Positions 28,403 to 38,768 of a stretch of 64,000 nt of DNA are shown here, piece after piece. The DNA lies in the IMG/VR virus record IMGVR_UViG_3300037258_000282, positions 88,590 to 152,589 of that record; one strand, written 5' to 3'. The notes beneath the pieces were generated by a model. That model was not told where the DNA came from. It made no database searches and was given only the letters and a program-made list of their open reading frames with translations. The DNA comes from a virus. Every line of letters begins with the position of its first letter. The stretch's first letter is position 1. The position numbers and the translations under genes were made by a program.

Positions 28403-30246
28403 CTCGTCCCGGTGTTAATCGAGATGATCACGTCGTTTGGATCTATAGTGAGGATCTGATCTTGCTCTATCACTATATCGTCGTTCTGAAGTTGGGCATA
28501 CAGGCTTATATAGCTACCGACGTACTGCGACACCTGTATGATATTGAGTGAGATAACTCCATTTGAGTAGTTGACGGTGCCCACTGAGTCGTTGATGTTG
28601 GTGACGATTCCAGAGTTCTTTGAGTATATTATGAGATTTCCATAGTTGTCGTCTCTAATTATTGAGTTTGGAAACGTGTTTCCCTGTGGATTCACGTACG
28701 TGAACGCCGTAGAGAATACTACCGGCTGCGCTGAGCCGAGTGGCAGCTTTGAGATCTCATACTGATGACTTGGAGTCTGTATGGCATTATTGAAGTCTAT
28801 CGTAGTCTGAAAGTCGATGTTGATCTGTGGCGAGAGCCTCTTTATCATCAGAGCCGTCGTGTCATTACTGATGATAGATGGATCAGTGTCGTCTATGGCC
28901 GCGATAAACTTAGAATATCGAAAGTCGCCGTTGAATTTTTGCAGGTTGTTCGCTGAGTATTCAGTTATAGTGTCTAGTACGAGAGTCTGCAGGTCGGCGG
29001 AAGTCAGACTAGTCGACATAGGTGAGAAGGTGACGTTGGAGGTGACTCCAATGAAGAAATAGTTGGGATCTGTCACTATCACTCTTATGGGAACGCAGTC
29101 TAGACTTATCAGATAGTTGATAACGTTAGATTTAATATAGTCTGGAGCGACCGACGATGAGCCGGTCGGCTTAAGGCACGCCGCGACGAATCCGTACTTC
29201 TTGGGATTAAGCTGCTCTCCGCCATAAGTGTTTACGTCTGAGATCTCTCCTGAGAATTGAGCCATAATCAGTGACTTGAAGTCATCGGAAGCTACTGCTC
29301 GCTCCTGCGTAGCGTAGAACCTCGGGGCATTGAACTTTATCGAGTTGAGACTCTCTTGGCTGGTCCCACCAGACGAGTTGACAATCACGACGATAGGACC
29401 AGAAATAGAGGCGGTCCCACCGTTGAAGGCCCCTAAATTCTGAATCGTCACGAAACTTGATATACCGTCTGCCGTGTTTCCAGAAGCTACCCTGTAGCTT
29501 GCCGTAACTAGAGATCCATTGAATGGAACATAGCCCAGTAGGCCGTCTCCAAACACTACCTCATATTGTCCGTCTTGAGCTCCCTGCACGAAGTAGACCT
29601 CGGAGTTGGCGTTGAGCCCGTATAAGTTGAGCGCTCGCGCGTACTCGACTCCGGTATTTGAGGTATTCGAGGAGTTTTCAAATACCGTAACCGTCAGTGA
29701 AGATACGTCTATACCTGGGTTCGAGAGTAAGAATATCTGCTGCTCGCTAGTCGCGTCTATGACGAATGAGTCAGTGATATACTGACCCTCGAAGATCTGC
29801 AGGTTTGATACCTGATACGTAGAGTTAGATGAGACGAATGACTGATCTGCAGATGTCGAAAACGTGTAGTTTCCATTGGCGTTCGTGCCCGAGAATAGCG
29901 TTCCAGCCGGAATGACGAATGGATTAGATATTCCATTGGTGACTACGGTAAATGATATGTTAGCTTCAGACGAAGCCGCTGACGTAGGTAGGTAATTAAG
30001 CTCCTTGGCTCTCGACACGGCTGAGTTCAACTTCTGAGCTGAGTCGAGAAACATCTCAGATAGAACCATGTTAAGATAGAACGAGTTTAGATACGTGTTG
30101 TATGACAACGCGTCCAGTAGGACGTTCAGAGCTGCTGAGTTAAAGTTATAGTCCTGCAGCGTGTCCTGAGAAGTCAGGTACTGCTCTAGTTGAGTCTTCA
30201 GAGTGTTGAAGTCAAGCGACGAGAGTATTAGTGCGCTGTTGGCCAT
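28399..30246 (-). CDS. gp6: Baseplate wedge subunit gp6
   Basis: LDFNTLK, DYNF, EMFLDSA, FGDG, IKFNAP..YATQERAV, FRYSK. Confidence 0.92.
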   Translation of the reverse strand: MANSALILSSLDFNTLKTQLEQYLTSQDTLQDYNFNSAALNVLLDALSYNTYLNSFYLNMVLSEMFLDSAQKLNSAVSRAKELNYLPTSAASSEANISFTVVTNGISNPFVIPAGTLFSGTNANGNYTFSTSADQSFVSSNSTYQVSNLQIFEGQYITDSFVIDATSEQQIFLLSNPGIDVSSLTVTVFENSSNTSNTGVEYARALNLYGLNANSEVYFVQGAQDGQYEVVFGDGLLGYVPFNGSLVTASYRVASGNTADGISSFVTIQNLGAFNGGTASISGPIVVIVNSSGGTSQESLNSIKFNAPRFYATQERAVASDDFKSLIMAQFSGEISDVNTYGGEQLNPKKYGFVAACLKPTGSSSVAPDYIKSNVINYLISLDCVPIRVIVTDPNYFFIGVTSNVTFSPMSTSLTSADLQTLVLDTITEYSANNLQKFNGDFRYSKFIAAIDDTDPSIISNDTTALMIKRLSPQINIDFQTTIDFNNAIQTPSHQYEISKLPLGSAQPVVFSTAFTYVNPQGNTFPNSIIRDDNYGNLIIYSKNSGIVTNINDSVGTVNYSNGVISLNIIQVSQYVGSYISLYAQLQNDDIVIEQDQILTIDPNDVIISINTGTS

Positions 30247-30249
30247 AGA

Positions 30250-30675
30250 CTACCTTGTTCTGGAAATAAAAAGTTTTAGACTTCCTGGTTCAGGGATATT
30301 TATTAGTGAGAAAGTTATGTTGACGTTGAACCCATCGTTATCGGGATCTGCTATGACTGAAATATTGAGAAGTTGAGCTCTCGGCTCATACAGAGACATC
30401 GAGAGCGCGATCTTACGTATGATATCCTGCTGAACGAACGGCGTGTAGTTCTCGAAGAGCATTCCGGTTATTCCAGATCCAAAGAATGGATCAAATAGTC
30501 TCTCTCCGGGGTTAGTCAGAAGCATGTTCTTGAGAGCCTGTCTAATAGAGTCCTGGTTCTTTAGTACGACCAGAGAGTTAGACATCGGGTGCTGAAGAAA
30601 GTTGTCGTCAAAGTCAGAGTATACGTTCAGCTTTCTAGACTGCGCGGTTATCAGATCTGCTCGAGTTACGGCCAT
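30250..30675 (-). CDS. gp25: Baseplate wedge subunit gp25
   Basis: YSDFD..F..HP, IRQALKNMLLTNPGERLFDPFFGS, YEPRA. Confidence 0.92.
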   Translation of the reverse strand: MAVTRADLITAQSRKLNVYSDFDDNFLQHPMSNSLVVLKNQDSIRQALKNMLLTNPGERLFDPFFGSGITGMLFENYTPFVQQDIIRKIALSMSLYEPRAQLLNISVIADPDNDGFNVNITFSLINIPEPGSLKLFISRTR

Positions 30676-30686
30676 ATTTTTCCTCC

Positions 30687-31559
30687 CTATGGCGTGACGA
30701 AGAATGGAGTCACTTGACTGGTAGCGGTAGGCTCAAGCACGACAGATCCATCTGAATTCGTCGACTCCAGCATCAAGTTCTGAACGTTGACGTCTCCATT
30801 TGGTGCATATATATTGACGTTGCTCTGCGCGGCATACACGTTGATGTCACCGACATGGGTTACTATAGTTATCCCTCCAGTATCTATCACTATCTTATTA
30901 CTTCCAACTATTAGCTCTATCGCCGTGGCAGAAGTCAGAGATATAGTCCCATTAGCGTTATACGACACGGAACCATTCGCCGTATGCCCCTCATTTCCAC
31001 CGACCTTGACTGAATATTCTTGAGTGGCGTCGTGATGTATAGTTCCCACTGCGGTAACTGAGAAGTCCTGGTCGACCGAGTGGTGCTCTCCACCCTGCAC
31101 CACGGTAAAGGATTGATCTCCCTGCATGGCGTGATGACCATCGCCGTTGGCTGACAGCGTCATGTGGTTTTCAGCCGTCGCGCAGATGGCTGGACCATTT
31201 ATCGCCGTATAGTCTGATCCGGCGGCTATCTCAGTATGCCTTCCAGTTCCTATGTTGACTCTATGACTGCCTCCTATCGCGGCGTCGACGTGCCCGGCTA
31301 TAGATGAAGTATGTGACGCGGAGGCAGACTTGACTCCACCATGCACCATCTCATTCATATTTCCATCTTTATCGAGCATCCTAGTCGTATAGCTTCCGTC
31401 CTCAGTCACTCTCGCTACTATAGAACCGACGTTGCTCGGATCGATCGAAGAGCTGTCTTGATCTCCCAGTGGGTGAGTGGAGTTCCATATAAGGTACTCA
31501 TCTGGAAGTGGAAAGTGGGGATCAGTTCTAGTGTTTTGTACAGTAGGAAGTGCCATCAC
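30687..31559 (-). CDS. gp5 C-terminal-like beta-helical spike protein
   Basis: His-rich repeated strands (VGGNEGHTANG, IELIVGSNKIVIDTGGITI); upstream of gp25. Confidence 0.6.
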   Translation of the reverse strand: MMALPTVQNTRTDPHFPLPDEYLIWNSTHPLGDQDSSSIDPSNVGSIVARVTEDGSYTTRMLDKDGNMNEMVHGGVKSASASHTSSIAGHVDAAIGGSHRVNIGTGRHTEIAAGSDYTAINGPAICATAENHMTLSANGDGHHAMQGDQSFTVVQGGEHHSVDQDFSVTAVGTIHHDATQEYSVKVGGNEGHTANGSVSYNANGTISLTSATAIELIVGSNKIVIDTGGITIVTHVGDINVYAAQSNVNIYAPNGDVNVQNLMLESTNSDGSVVLEPTATSQVTPFFVTP

Positions 31560-32890
31560 TTAGTCCTAGTAGATTGAATGCTGACTCCAGATATGATAGA
31601 CGTTAGAGACGCGCCGACCGGCATCGAAGACACCGCAGAGGCGAGACTTCCAGCTACACTTTGGGCCTGCTCACTCATGGTTGAGCCAAACATATTAGCG
31701 ATGTTAAATGCCATTCGTCCGAGAGACATGACCTTAGTGGCGTTCTGAAGCATGGTCTGCATCGTACTCTGATTAAGTACAGTTCTGGGAACGTGCTCTG
31801 GAAGTACTGTACTTATCGCTGGAGCGATGTTCGGAATGAGAGTTCCAACGCTTCCAAGAATTCCAGACAGCGTGGTTCCTAGGATCTTTTGAAGTCCCTG
31901 ATCGGTGGCAGACGCTTGAGCCGATAATATTATGGCGGATAGCTGCGCGAGACCAAGCTGTCGTATCTCGAAGAGTATCGAGCTCACTAAGTTATTGGCG
32001 ATCTCCACGTTCTCACTTCCCGTGAGAGCTGGAATAGTGGCCAGTTGATCTGCCACGGTAGAGTCAAGTATAGAAATAACGGTCTGAACTGTCGCTGAGC
32101 CGGTATTTAAAGTTTGAGTAGTCGATTGGCCTACTGGAAGTGACGCGATCGTCTGGGCCAGAGACGACACTTGGAGGCCCAAGAGTGGCCCTCCGATAGT
32201 CGCCGCAGTATTAGCTATCGCCGCGACACTGTTCGAGCTTACGGCCGCAGAGATCGCGGAAGATAGGGCAGAGGCGGCCGAGACAGACGCCGAAGATAAT
32301 GCCCCGGTCCCAGTTCCTGAGAGCATTCCACCTATAGCCTCGTTTAGTAGGTACTGAGATGGAGCTGAGAGAGTTGGAGATATCGCGTTGAGTTGATTGA
32401 GAACGCTCGACATACCGATAGTTCCCGATAGAGACTGAAGTGCTCCCGTAAGACCACCTGATACCATCTGAGCTATCCCGCCCGTAGACGAGACTGAGCT
32501 CATCGTTCTGAGAAGTATCATCGCGTCGAGGGCCTTTCGCACGACGCCGACGACGTTCGATGGATCTACAGACTTTATGGCCTGAAGAACGTACTGTTCA
32601 GAACTTGCGGATGCAGAAGTCGGGTTATTTGCCGACATATTCGATGGATACTGCTGAGATATGACCATCTGAGCGCGCTTCTGGGCGTTGTCAGAAGTAT
32701 CCGAAGGAACTGTTCCCTGGTTTCCGATGTTGGCGTTTAAGCCGACACTTCCAGGATCATAGGATTTCTTCAGTAGAGATCCCTTGACCGTCGTCGTTAT
32801 AACTCCAACTATGGCAGAGTTGAAAGTATTGCCGTAGGTCAGTGGTTCCGACCTCTTAGTTACGTCGAACTGTCCGTCTTGCTCAAGCAA
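31556..32890 (-). CDS. Hypothetical Ser/Ala-rich protein in the gp5 locus
   Basis: 444-aa ORF in operon, TTG start; no recognisable motif. Confidence 0.65.
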   Translation of the reverse strand: MLEQDGQFDVTKRSEPLTYGNTFNSAIVGVITTTVKGSLLKKSYDPGSVGLNANIGNQGTVPSDTSDNAQKRAQMVISQQYPSNMSANNPTSASASSEQYVLQAIKSVDPSNVVGVVRKALDAMILLRTMSSVSSTGGIAQMVSGGLTGALQSLSGTIGMSSVLNQLNAISPTLSAPSQYLLNEAIGGMLSGTGTGALSSASVSAASALSSAISAAVSSNSVAAIANTAATIGGPLLGLQVSSLAQTIASLPVGQSTTQTLNTGSATVQTVISILDSTVADQLATIPALTGSENVEIANNLVSSILFEIRQLGLAQLSAIILSAQASATDQGLQKILGTTLSGILGSVGTLIPNIAPAISTVLPEHVPRTVLNQSTMQTMLQNATKVMSLGRMAFNIANMFGSTMSEQAQSVAGSLASAVSSMPVGASLTSIISGVSIQSTRTK

Positions 32891-32932
32891 GTTTTATATT
32901 CCTTATAGAGATTAATCGTACATATCAAACGT

Positions 32933-33247
32933 TCAAGTGGAACTTCTTCCAGCACGATGAAAGGACCCTAGAATGAATGGGATTTGCTTCGTCTCTGGAT
33001 CTAAAAAACAGCCGAACACGTGGGTTCCAGGAAGATACTTATTAGTGACTCCAACTCCATTCAGTGACGGAACGTTGTTGTGCACTGAGTGGCACCAGAT
33101 GAGATCCTCATCTGGTATAGGATTAGGTCCGGCATTCTGGTGTCCGTGTATCATTACTTTTACCTTATGGGCGTTGTCCGGGTCCTGAATGTCTAGAACC
33201 TCGCCGACGAAGAACGGCGTGAAGCCGCTACCAGATTGAGCGGTCAT
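32933..33247 (-). CDS. gp5 N-terminal OB-fold protein
   Basis: FFVGEVLDIQDP...VKVMIHG...IPDEDLIW...GTHVFGCFLD..QIPFILGS. ATG 33247 overlaps the upstream TGA. Confidence 0.8.
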   Translation of the reverse strand: MTAQSGSGFTPFFVGEVLDIQDPDNAHKVKVMIHGHQNAGPNPIPDEDLIWCHSVHNNVPSLNGVGVTNKYLPGTHVFGCFLDPETKQIPFILGSFHRAGRSST

Positions 33248-34437
33248 CCCTGCTGATACCCTCCCTTGATGCACTCGAGGTTGCAGAGATATCTGGGCTG
33301 AACGTCGGGTCTTCGAATATCATGAGTGAGCTTAGATATCAGCCATCTTCCATACATCTGCTGTTCCCTTCCAGGATTTACGACCGCTATTACTTGAGGA
33401 ATGTCGCAGAAGACAGTCTTTCCAGCCATCAGTACCGGATCTCCAATGCAACTCATCCTCATAAGCTGCTCCATCATCTGGGCCTTGTTTGTCATCTTAT
33501 TTGGAATAGTGTCAGGCATGAAGCTCTTCGGAACATTCTGATTAGTGATATTGGGATTGACGTACCTGAAGATCGGCCGATTGGCGCCGGAGAACAGCGA
33601 CGTAAAGCTCGATAGAGTCGTTATCACCGTAGACGCAAGTTCAGTCACACCAGCTGGCGTAAAGTCTTGCTGCTTGAATTCGTGAGTATGAGTGTTGAAC
33701 GTGAGAACCCGCTGTGCTATAGTTCCAGCCGACACACGGTTCATCGCGTCCATACTCTGAAGTACCTCCCAGGAGAGTATGTTGTCGTCGAGATTCGAGA
33801 AGAAGTCATGCCCGACCGTGTTTATCTGTGTGAATGTCTTAACGTCACCGGATCTAGTCATTCCCTCTATGGTCTGAAAGTTATATCCTCCGGCGTTCTG
33901 GAAGAACATATAGTTTGATGAGCTCTGGTTCTGCTGAGAGACGGCCTCCTTTCTGAGCATCTCTATAGCTTCAAATACTGTTTGATTGGTGATGTTCATG
34001 TTTCGATTGCCTATGGTCTGCTCTACCGCTATGCCTGAACCTATCTTTTCAAAGATACTCTGAACCATAGACGATATCTGAGTGTTGAATGCCTGCTGAA
34101 CCGTCGTGGCAGCTCCAGTCAGCACTTCCGTACCTACGCACACTAACTTATAGGTCTTGGCGTGAAGGGCTCCATGAGACTCTATCTCTCGAACTGAGTT
34201 GAGCGTGAGATCGTAGTTAGCAGTCGCGCCATTTGGCTTAGAGAAGTTTAAGTTTACGCTCTCTCCACCAGACAGGTTGTATCCAGATATGGAGTCCGTA
34301 GAGTCTACTACCTCTATCTCGGCCATGACTCCCGGAGTGAAGATGGTCTCCATGATCTGAGCAGAGAGAAAGTTTATTCTGGAGATGTCCCACCCTCCTA
34401 CAGTGAGGGCGTTTATCTGTGCGTCACCAACGCTCAT
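33244..34437 (-). CDS. Baseplate hub / tail protein (gp27-like)
   Basis: IMETIF.P, YMFFQN, IGDP.L.AG, GRWLISKLTH; between gp53 and the gp5 OB gene. Confidence 0.65.
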   Translation of the reverse strand: MSVGDAQINALTVGGWDISRINFLSAQIMETIFTPGVMAEIEVVDSTDSISGYNLSGGESVNLNFSKPNGATANYDLTLNSVREIESHGALHAKTYKLVCVGTEVLTGAATTVQQAFNTQISSMVQSIFEKIGSGIAVEQTIGNRNMNITNQTVFEAIEMLRKEAVSQQNQSSSNYMFFQNAGGYNFQTIEGMTRSGDVKTFTQINTVGHDFFSNLDDNILSWEVLQSMDAMNRVSAGTIAQRVLTFNTHTHEFKQQDFTPAGVTELASTVITTLSSFTSLFSGANRPIFRYVNPNITNQNVPKSFMPDTIPNKMTNKAQMMEQLMRMSCIGDPVLMAGKTVFCDIPQVIAVVNPGREQQMYGRWLISKLTHDIRRPDVQPRYLCNLECIKGGYQQG

Positions 34438-35330
34438 TACACCACCGGAGTGTTAGACTGAAGTAGACCCTTCACCATAGTCACGAAGTTACTCAGGTAC
34501 TGCGGTTGAAGTACGTTTATGATCTTGTTACCCTCGTTCTTAGCGTTTTCCCAATCATAATAAGTAAGTGGAGCCCAGTATGCCTGCGTATCCTCAGGTA
34601 TGTTGTTGGATACTATAGCGAAGCTGGTAGTAGTGACGCTAACTCCACTCTGAAGGCCGGTAACAGTCGATCCATTCGCTACGGAAAAGCCATTAGAAGA
34701 TCCATATGGAAATTGTATGTGCTGAAGTATTAGAAAAGTTGGATCTGACTGCAGCACCTGGGCGTTTAAGTTTCCGGAAACCTGCGATATGTTCACTACC
34801 TCGTCAAAGATGAACTTAGCGGTATCTCCATTCACTCCTACGTTTATCACAAAATTGGTAGTCGTAGTCCAGTCAGTGTTGGCTCTCGAATAGCTACTTG
34901 GATTAGCCGAGGTAGTGTAGTTAGGCTGCCAGTAACTCTGCTGATTCGCCGTCAGCGCCTCGTATCCAGCTGGAGTTATCGTACTCTGATCCAACCAGTT
35001 GTTTATAAAGTACTTTATTCTCTGCTGCGCGATTGGAACAGAGCCATACTTGTCAATAATGAACGAGTTGAACTGGTCGGTGGATAGATACCAATCAAAA
35101 TATGGATCAATTATACCATTGCAGAGATATAAGACCCAAGACGCGTACGGATCTCCATATGCCGCATACGCGATGTTGTCTGGTCTGATTCCCTCGTTGA
35201 GCGTCAGCGGGTAGTAGAGGAAGGGGTTGCTGGTAGTCGTATTAGACACCACTACTCTCTCAGTTATATCTACCGCGACGCTATTAGAATATACGGTGTT
35301 GGAAAAGTTGGTAAAGTACGTAAGGGCCAC
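34437..35330 (-). CDS. gp53: Baseplate wedge subunit gp53
   Basis: YFTNF, RPDNIAYAAYGDP..SWVLYLCNGIIDPYFDW, YYDWENAKNE..KIINVL. Confidence 0.88.
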   Translation of the reverse strand: MALTYFTNFSNTVYSNSVAVDITERVVVSNTTTSNPFLYYPLTLNEGIRPDNIAYAAYGDPYASWVLYLCNGIIDPYFDWYLSTDQFNSFIIDKYGSVPIAQQRIKYFINNWLDQSTITPAGYEALTANQQSYWQPNYTTSANPSSYSRANTDWTTTTNFVINVGVNGDTAKFIFDEVVNISQVSGNLNAQVLQSDPTFLILQHIQFPYGSSNGFSVANGSTVTGLQSGVSVTTTSFAIVSNNIPEDTQAYWAPLTYYDWENAKNEGNKIINVLQPQYLSNFVTMVKGLLQSNTPVV

Positions 35331-36260
35331 TCACTGTCCCCCTGCGAACGTAGTTGGAGAGGATCCGATGTTCAAAAATGAGTTGAGTATGCTCTTAACT
35401 CCAGAAGTTATCGTATTCTGAAGCTGCTCTATAGTGATATTGTTTACGGTAGTTCCAGTAAAGTCTGAATTAAGCCAGAATTCTACTTCCATCAGTGATA
35501 TCCTGATCTCGGCCATAGTCGGCCCCTTCGTCGATCCAAAGAATGACGGCTGTCCCGCGGGAGTCCAATTGACTGAGAATGATTCTATTACGGCTGGCTT
35601 GAATATATACGTAAAGTTATTAGGATCATTGTTGGACACGACTATTAGCACGAGGCTTGGATAGGTCAGGAGCAGTCCTCCTGTAGCCGTTCCAGGAAGC
35701 TGGTTGGCCTTGAAAGTGTTCGCTATCGAGTTAAGAATCTGAGTCTCTCCAGGACTTACTGGAGTTAGCTGCCATGCAAACGAGTGCTTCTTAAATGATG
35801 GGGCCTCAAACATCACAGTCATAAATGGGTTTAGAGTCGCACCGAGAGCCTGAAGTGGATACTTTCCCAGGTTGGCAACGTCTGCCCCACCGAACTTATT
35901 AGCTAGCTTACCAACGACAGATCCTCCTAGTGCCGCCGCAGCTCCGCCTATGGGATTACTGCTCCCAACTTGATTCATAGACATACCTATGGCTAGACCC
36001 ATCTCAGTGGCGTTGAACCTCACGTCCTGTTGATCTACCATATTATTAGGAAGTGGAAGTCTTATAGTACCTAAGTCAGTGAGATTGACGTTGTTGTTGA
36101 ACGTTACGGGAGTGTACTGATAGAATGAAAATGACATCCAGTATGGAAACGCGGACGAGCTTCCCAGATCGGATGGGAAGTTAAGCCCTCCGGTCGGGGA
36201 TAAGTTAGCGTTGTTATTGAATACTGCGGTCAGATTAACTGCCGAAGCTGGAGTCGCCAT
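35331..36260 (-). CDS. gp48: Baseplate tail tube cap gp48-like
   Basis: IRLPLP, NPFMTVMFEAPSFKKHSFAWQLTP, ISLMEVE. True start is MATPAS at 36260, not 36374. Confidence 0.8.
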   Translation of the reverse strand: MATPASAVNLTAVFNNNANLSPTGGLNFPSDLGSSSAFPYWMSFSFYQYTPVTFNNNVNLTDLGTIRLPLPNNMVDQQDVRFNATEMGLAIGMSMNQVGSSNPIGGAAAALGGSVVGKLANKFGGADVANLGKYPLQALGATLNPFMTVMFEAPSFKKHSFAWQLTPVSPGETQILNSIANTFKANQLPGTATGGLLLTYPSLVLIVVSNNDPNNFTYIFKPAVIESFSVNWTPAGQPSFFGSTKGPTMAEIRISLMEVEFWLNSDFTGTTVNNITIEQLQNTITSGVKSILNSFLNIGSSPTTFAGGQ

Positions 36261-36278
36261 TGGTATCCTTGAGTTTCC

Positions 36279-36300
36279 TATAAATACCATATTATTTATC
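36279..36300. promoter_or_regulatory. Face-to-face late promoters for the divergent gp4 and gp48 operons
   Basis: TATAAATA on + at 36279-36286 and GATAAATA on - at 36300-36293. Confidence 0.75.
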
Positions 36301-36318
36301 AAGAATCTGGAAGAGTAG

Positions 36319-36759
36319 ATGCAGGGGCGTTTTAAGTTAAAGCACCCAGAAAAATATAAGGGAAATGCTTCCAACGTAGTGTATCGAAGCAGTTGGGAGC
36401 TGAAAATTATGATTCATCTCGATCATGATACCACTGTATCGAAGTGGAGCTCTGAGGAAAATGTAATAGCATACAGGTCTCCAGTAGACGGTCGACTTCA
36501 CAGGTACTTTGTGGACTTTATGGTTGAAAGAGTAGACTCTTCTGGAAATAGAACTACTACTCTGATAGAGGTCAAACCTGAGAAAGAGACCGTACCTCCT
36601 AAAGTTACTAAGAACAAAAAATCAAGACACTTCATAACTGAGTCTATGACGTATGCCAAAAACTTAGCGAAGTGGGAGGCGGCTAAGAAGTACTGTGAGA
36701 GTCGTGGGTGGAAGTTCGTGATACTAACTGAGCGACATCTGTTCGGAAAGAAGAGCTAG
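36319..36759 (+). CDS. gp4: Head completion nuclease (T4 gp4-like, TnsA-like fold)
   Basis: HPEKYKG..SNVVYRSSWE, WSSEE, HRYFVDF, LIEVKP, NLAKWEAA, ILTE. Confidence 0.93.
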   Translation: MQGRFKLKHPEKYKGNASNVVYRSSWELKIMIHLDHDTTVSKWSSEENVIAYRSPVDGRLHRYFVDFMVERVDSSGNRTTTLIEVKPEKETVPPKVTKNKKSRHFITESMTYAKNLAKWEAAKKYCESRGWKFVILTERHLFGKKS

Positions 36760-37358
36760 TGGCAGATAATTTTCTTACGACTCTAAAGAAGAGAGCCAGG
36801 GGATTAGTACGAGTAGGCACCAAGAAGGCCTCTGACTGGTTCAGAGAGGCCGTAAAGGCGCTGTCTAAACCATCTGCCAGGCAGCTGATCGACCAGGCTG
36901 GTCCCTTTAAGAGATTCGAGACTCTATCTAAGAACTCGATAGGAAAGATGTATCTCTTTCAATATGATCCCAAACTTAAAGAAGTGTTACCATACTACGA
37001 CATATATCCCCTGATATTTCCGATACAATACTACTCTGATGGCTTCCTAGGAATAAACTTACACTACCTTCCGATAACTCTTCGCATGAAGCTCATGAGA
37101 GAGCTCTACACTATCGCTAACAACAAGAAGTTCGATAAGACTACAAAACTGCAGATCTCATACTCACTGCTGAATGGAGCGGCTAGGTTCTCCTACTTTA
37201 GACCGTGCGTCAAGAGATATCTGTTCAGCCACATCAGGTCGCCGTTCTTGTATATATCACCGGATGAGTGGGATATAGTACTATCTCTGCCGATCCAGAA
37301 GTTCAAGAAGGCCACGGCCGAGAAGGTATGGGAAGACTCGAGGAGGGCCGTTCAGTAA
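36759..37358 (+). CDS. gp2: DNA end protector protein
   Basis: GKMYLFQYDPKLK.VLPYYDIYPL, GFLGINLHYLP, PCVKRYL. Confidence 0.93.
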   Translation: MADNFLTTLKKRARGLVRVGTKKASDWFREAVKALSKPSARQLIDQAGPFKRFETLSKNSIGKMYLFQYDPKLKEVLPYYDIYPLIFPIQYYSDGFLGINLHYLPITLRMKLMRELYTIANNKKFDKTTKLQISYSLLNGAARFSYFRPCVKRYLFSHIRSPFLYISPDEWDIVLSLPIQKFKKATAEKVWEDSRRAVQ

Positions 37359-38035
37359 TGCCGTTCAACGTAAGCACCTTCAAGCAGAACATATCTACAT
37401 ATGGCATCATTCAAGATAACAAGTATGACTTCAGCGTCAATTTTGGCTTCTCGGGTCCAGTTAGCACCGGATCCGCAGGCCTGCCATCGGCCGCGATCTC
37501 CTCGTCAAAGATTCAGACGTCGGTTGGTCCGGTAACTATGTCCACTCTCGCGGCAGACCTATCAAATAGGTCCATTCTCACCAGTCTTCCATCGTTCATT
37601 CTCAGACCAACGAACGTCAATAGATACGGTCTAGGACTGCTTGAGAGCATGCCGTTCACGGGAATGTACTCTGATCTTCCCGTTACATTTCTCGCTGACT
37701 CAAAGGGCGGCATCTACAACTTCTTCTATAACTGGATGAGCTTTATATTCACCGGAAATGGACAGGCCGCTCCAGATGGAGTGTCGAATCAGATCACCCG
37801 CGGCAACTCATATTATACTATGGAGTACAAGTCGAACTATGCCGCGACCATAACTATTAAGGTCTACGACAACGCGGGAAACGTGTCTATGACTCACAAC
37901 TTCTACAACGCCTTTCCGATATCTCTCAATGAAACTTCAGTTAGCTGGGAATCTACCAACAAGCTCATGAAATTATCTGTTACATTTTCCTATAAAGAAT
38001 GGAAGATGACTAATTCAACACTAACATCACAGTGA
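37358..38035 (+). CDS. Tail tube-like baseplate initiator (gp54/gp19 family)
   Basis: Starts MPFNVSTFKQ (TAATG overlap); FYNWM, NAFPISL, LSVTFSYKEW. Confidence 0.75.
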   Translation: MPFNVSTFKQNISTYGIIQDNKYDFSVNFGFSGPVSTGSAGLPSAAISSSKIQTSVGPVTMSTLAADLSNRSILTSLPSFILRPTNVNRYGLGLLESMPFTGMYSDLPVTFLADSKGGIYNFFYNWMSFIFTGNGQAAPDGVSNQITRGNSYYTMEYKSNYAATITIKVYDNAGNVSMTHNFYNAFPISLNETSVSWESTNKLMKLSVTFSYKEWKMTNSTLTSQ

Positions 38036-38042
38036 GGAACTA

Positions 38043-38768
38043 TTGCTACCCAAGATAAACTTTCCTACTATCCTACTGACTATTCCATCGCGGGGAAATA
38101 AGGAAAAAAAGTTCTCGTTCAGACCTATGCTAGTCAGAGAAGAGAAGATCCTACTCATGGCCAAGGAGTCCGAGAGCGATACTGATATTCTTACTGCAGT
38201 GAGGCAGGTAGTTAATAACTGCGCTCTGGATCCTAATTTCGACGTCGATGATCTCGCTCTATTCGAGTTAGACTGGCTGTTCATTAGACTCAGAGCGTTC
38301 TCATCTAGTGACACTATAGAAGTCTCTTATCGAGATAATCAAGAAAATAAAGTCTATGACTTTAAGATTAAGCTCGACGAAGTTCAGATAAAGTTCCCCG
38401 ATGGCGCGCAAGCCGACGTGATAGAGCTCACGAAGACCGCGGGAATTACTCTAAGATATCCATCTGCAAAGTTATATTCAGACTCTAAGTTTCTGAACTC
38501 TCTAGATGGTGAGAAGTCCTTCTTTGACCTCGCGGCGCGATGCATCAAGAGCGTATACGATGGCGACTCAGTCATGTCTGCCTCAGATTTTTCACATGAA
38601 GAACTTATGGAGTTTATAGAGTCTATAGATATAAAGAGCTATAACAAGATACGAGAGTACCTCACTTTGGTACCTTCACTATACCATAGGCTCTCTTATG
38701 TTGACTCTAGTGGACAAGAAAAAGAGATCATCTTGTCTTCGTTATCAGATTTTTTTACGCTGCGCTGA
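38043..38768 (+). CDS. gp26: Baseplate hub subunit/chaperone gp26-like
   Basis: MLPKI..P, FRPMLVREEKILLMA, FELDWLFIRLRAFS, ends LSDFFTLR. Confidence 0.88.
   Translation: MLPKINFPTILLTIPSRGNKEKKFSFRPMLVREEKILLMAKESESDTDILTAVRQVVNNCALDPNFDVDDLALFELDWLFIRLRAFSSSDTIEVSYRDNQENKVYDFKIKLDEVQIKFPDGAQADVIELTKTAGITLRYPSAKLYSDSKFLNSLDGEKSFFDLAARCIKSVYDGDSVMSASDFSHEELMEFIESIDIKSYNKIREYLTLVPSLYHRLSYVDSSGQEKEIILSSLSDFFTLR

Noticed and set aside
35331-36374. ORF-track start of gp48 at 36374 (also RtcB 52310, gp59 45236, DUF932 55173, copy 2 56867)
   Set aside because: These extensions overlap promoters or neighbouring genes; downstream starts with an SD or conserved N-terminus fit better.
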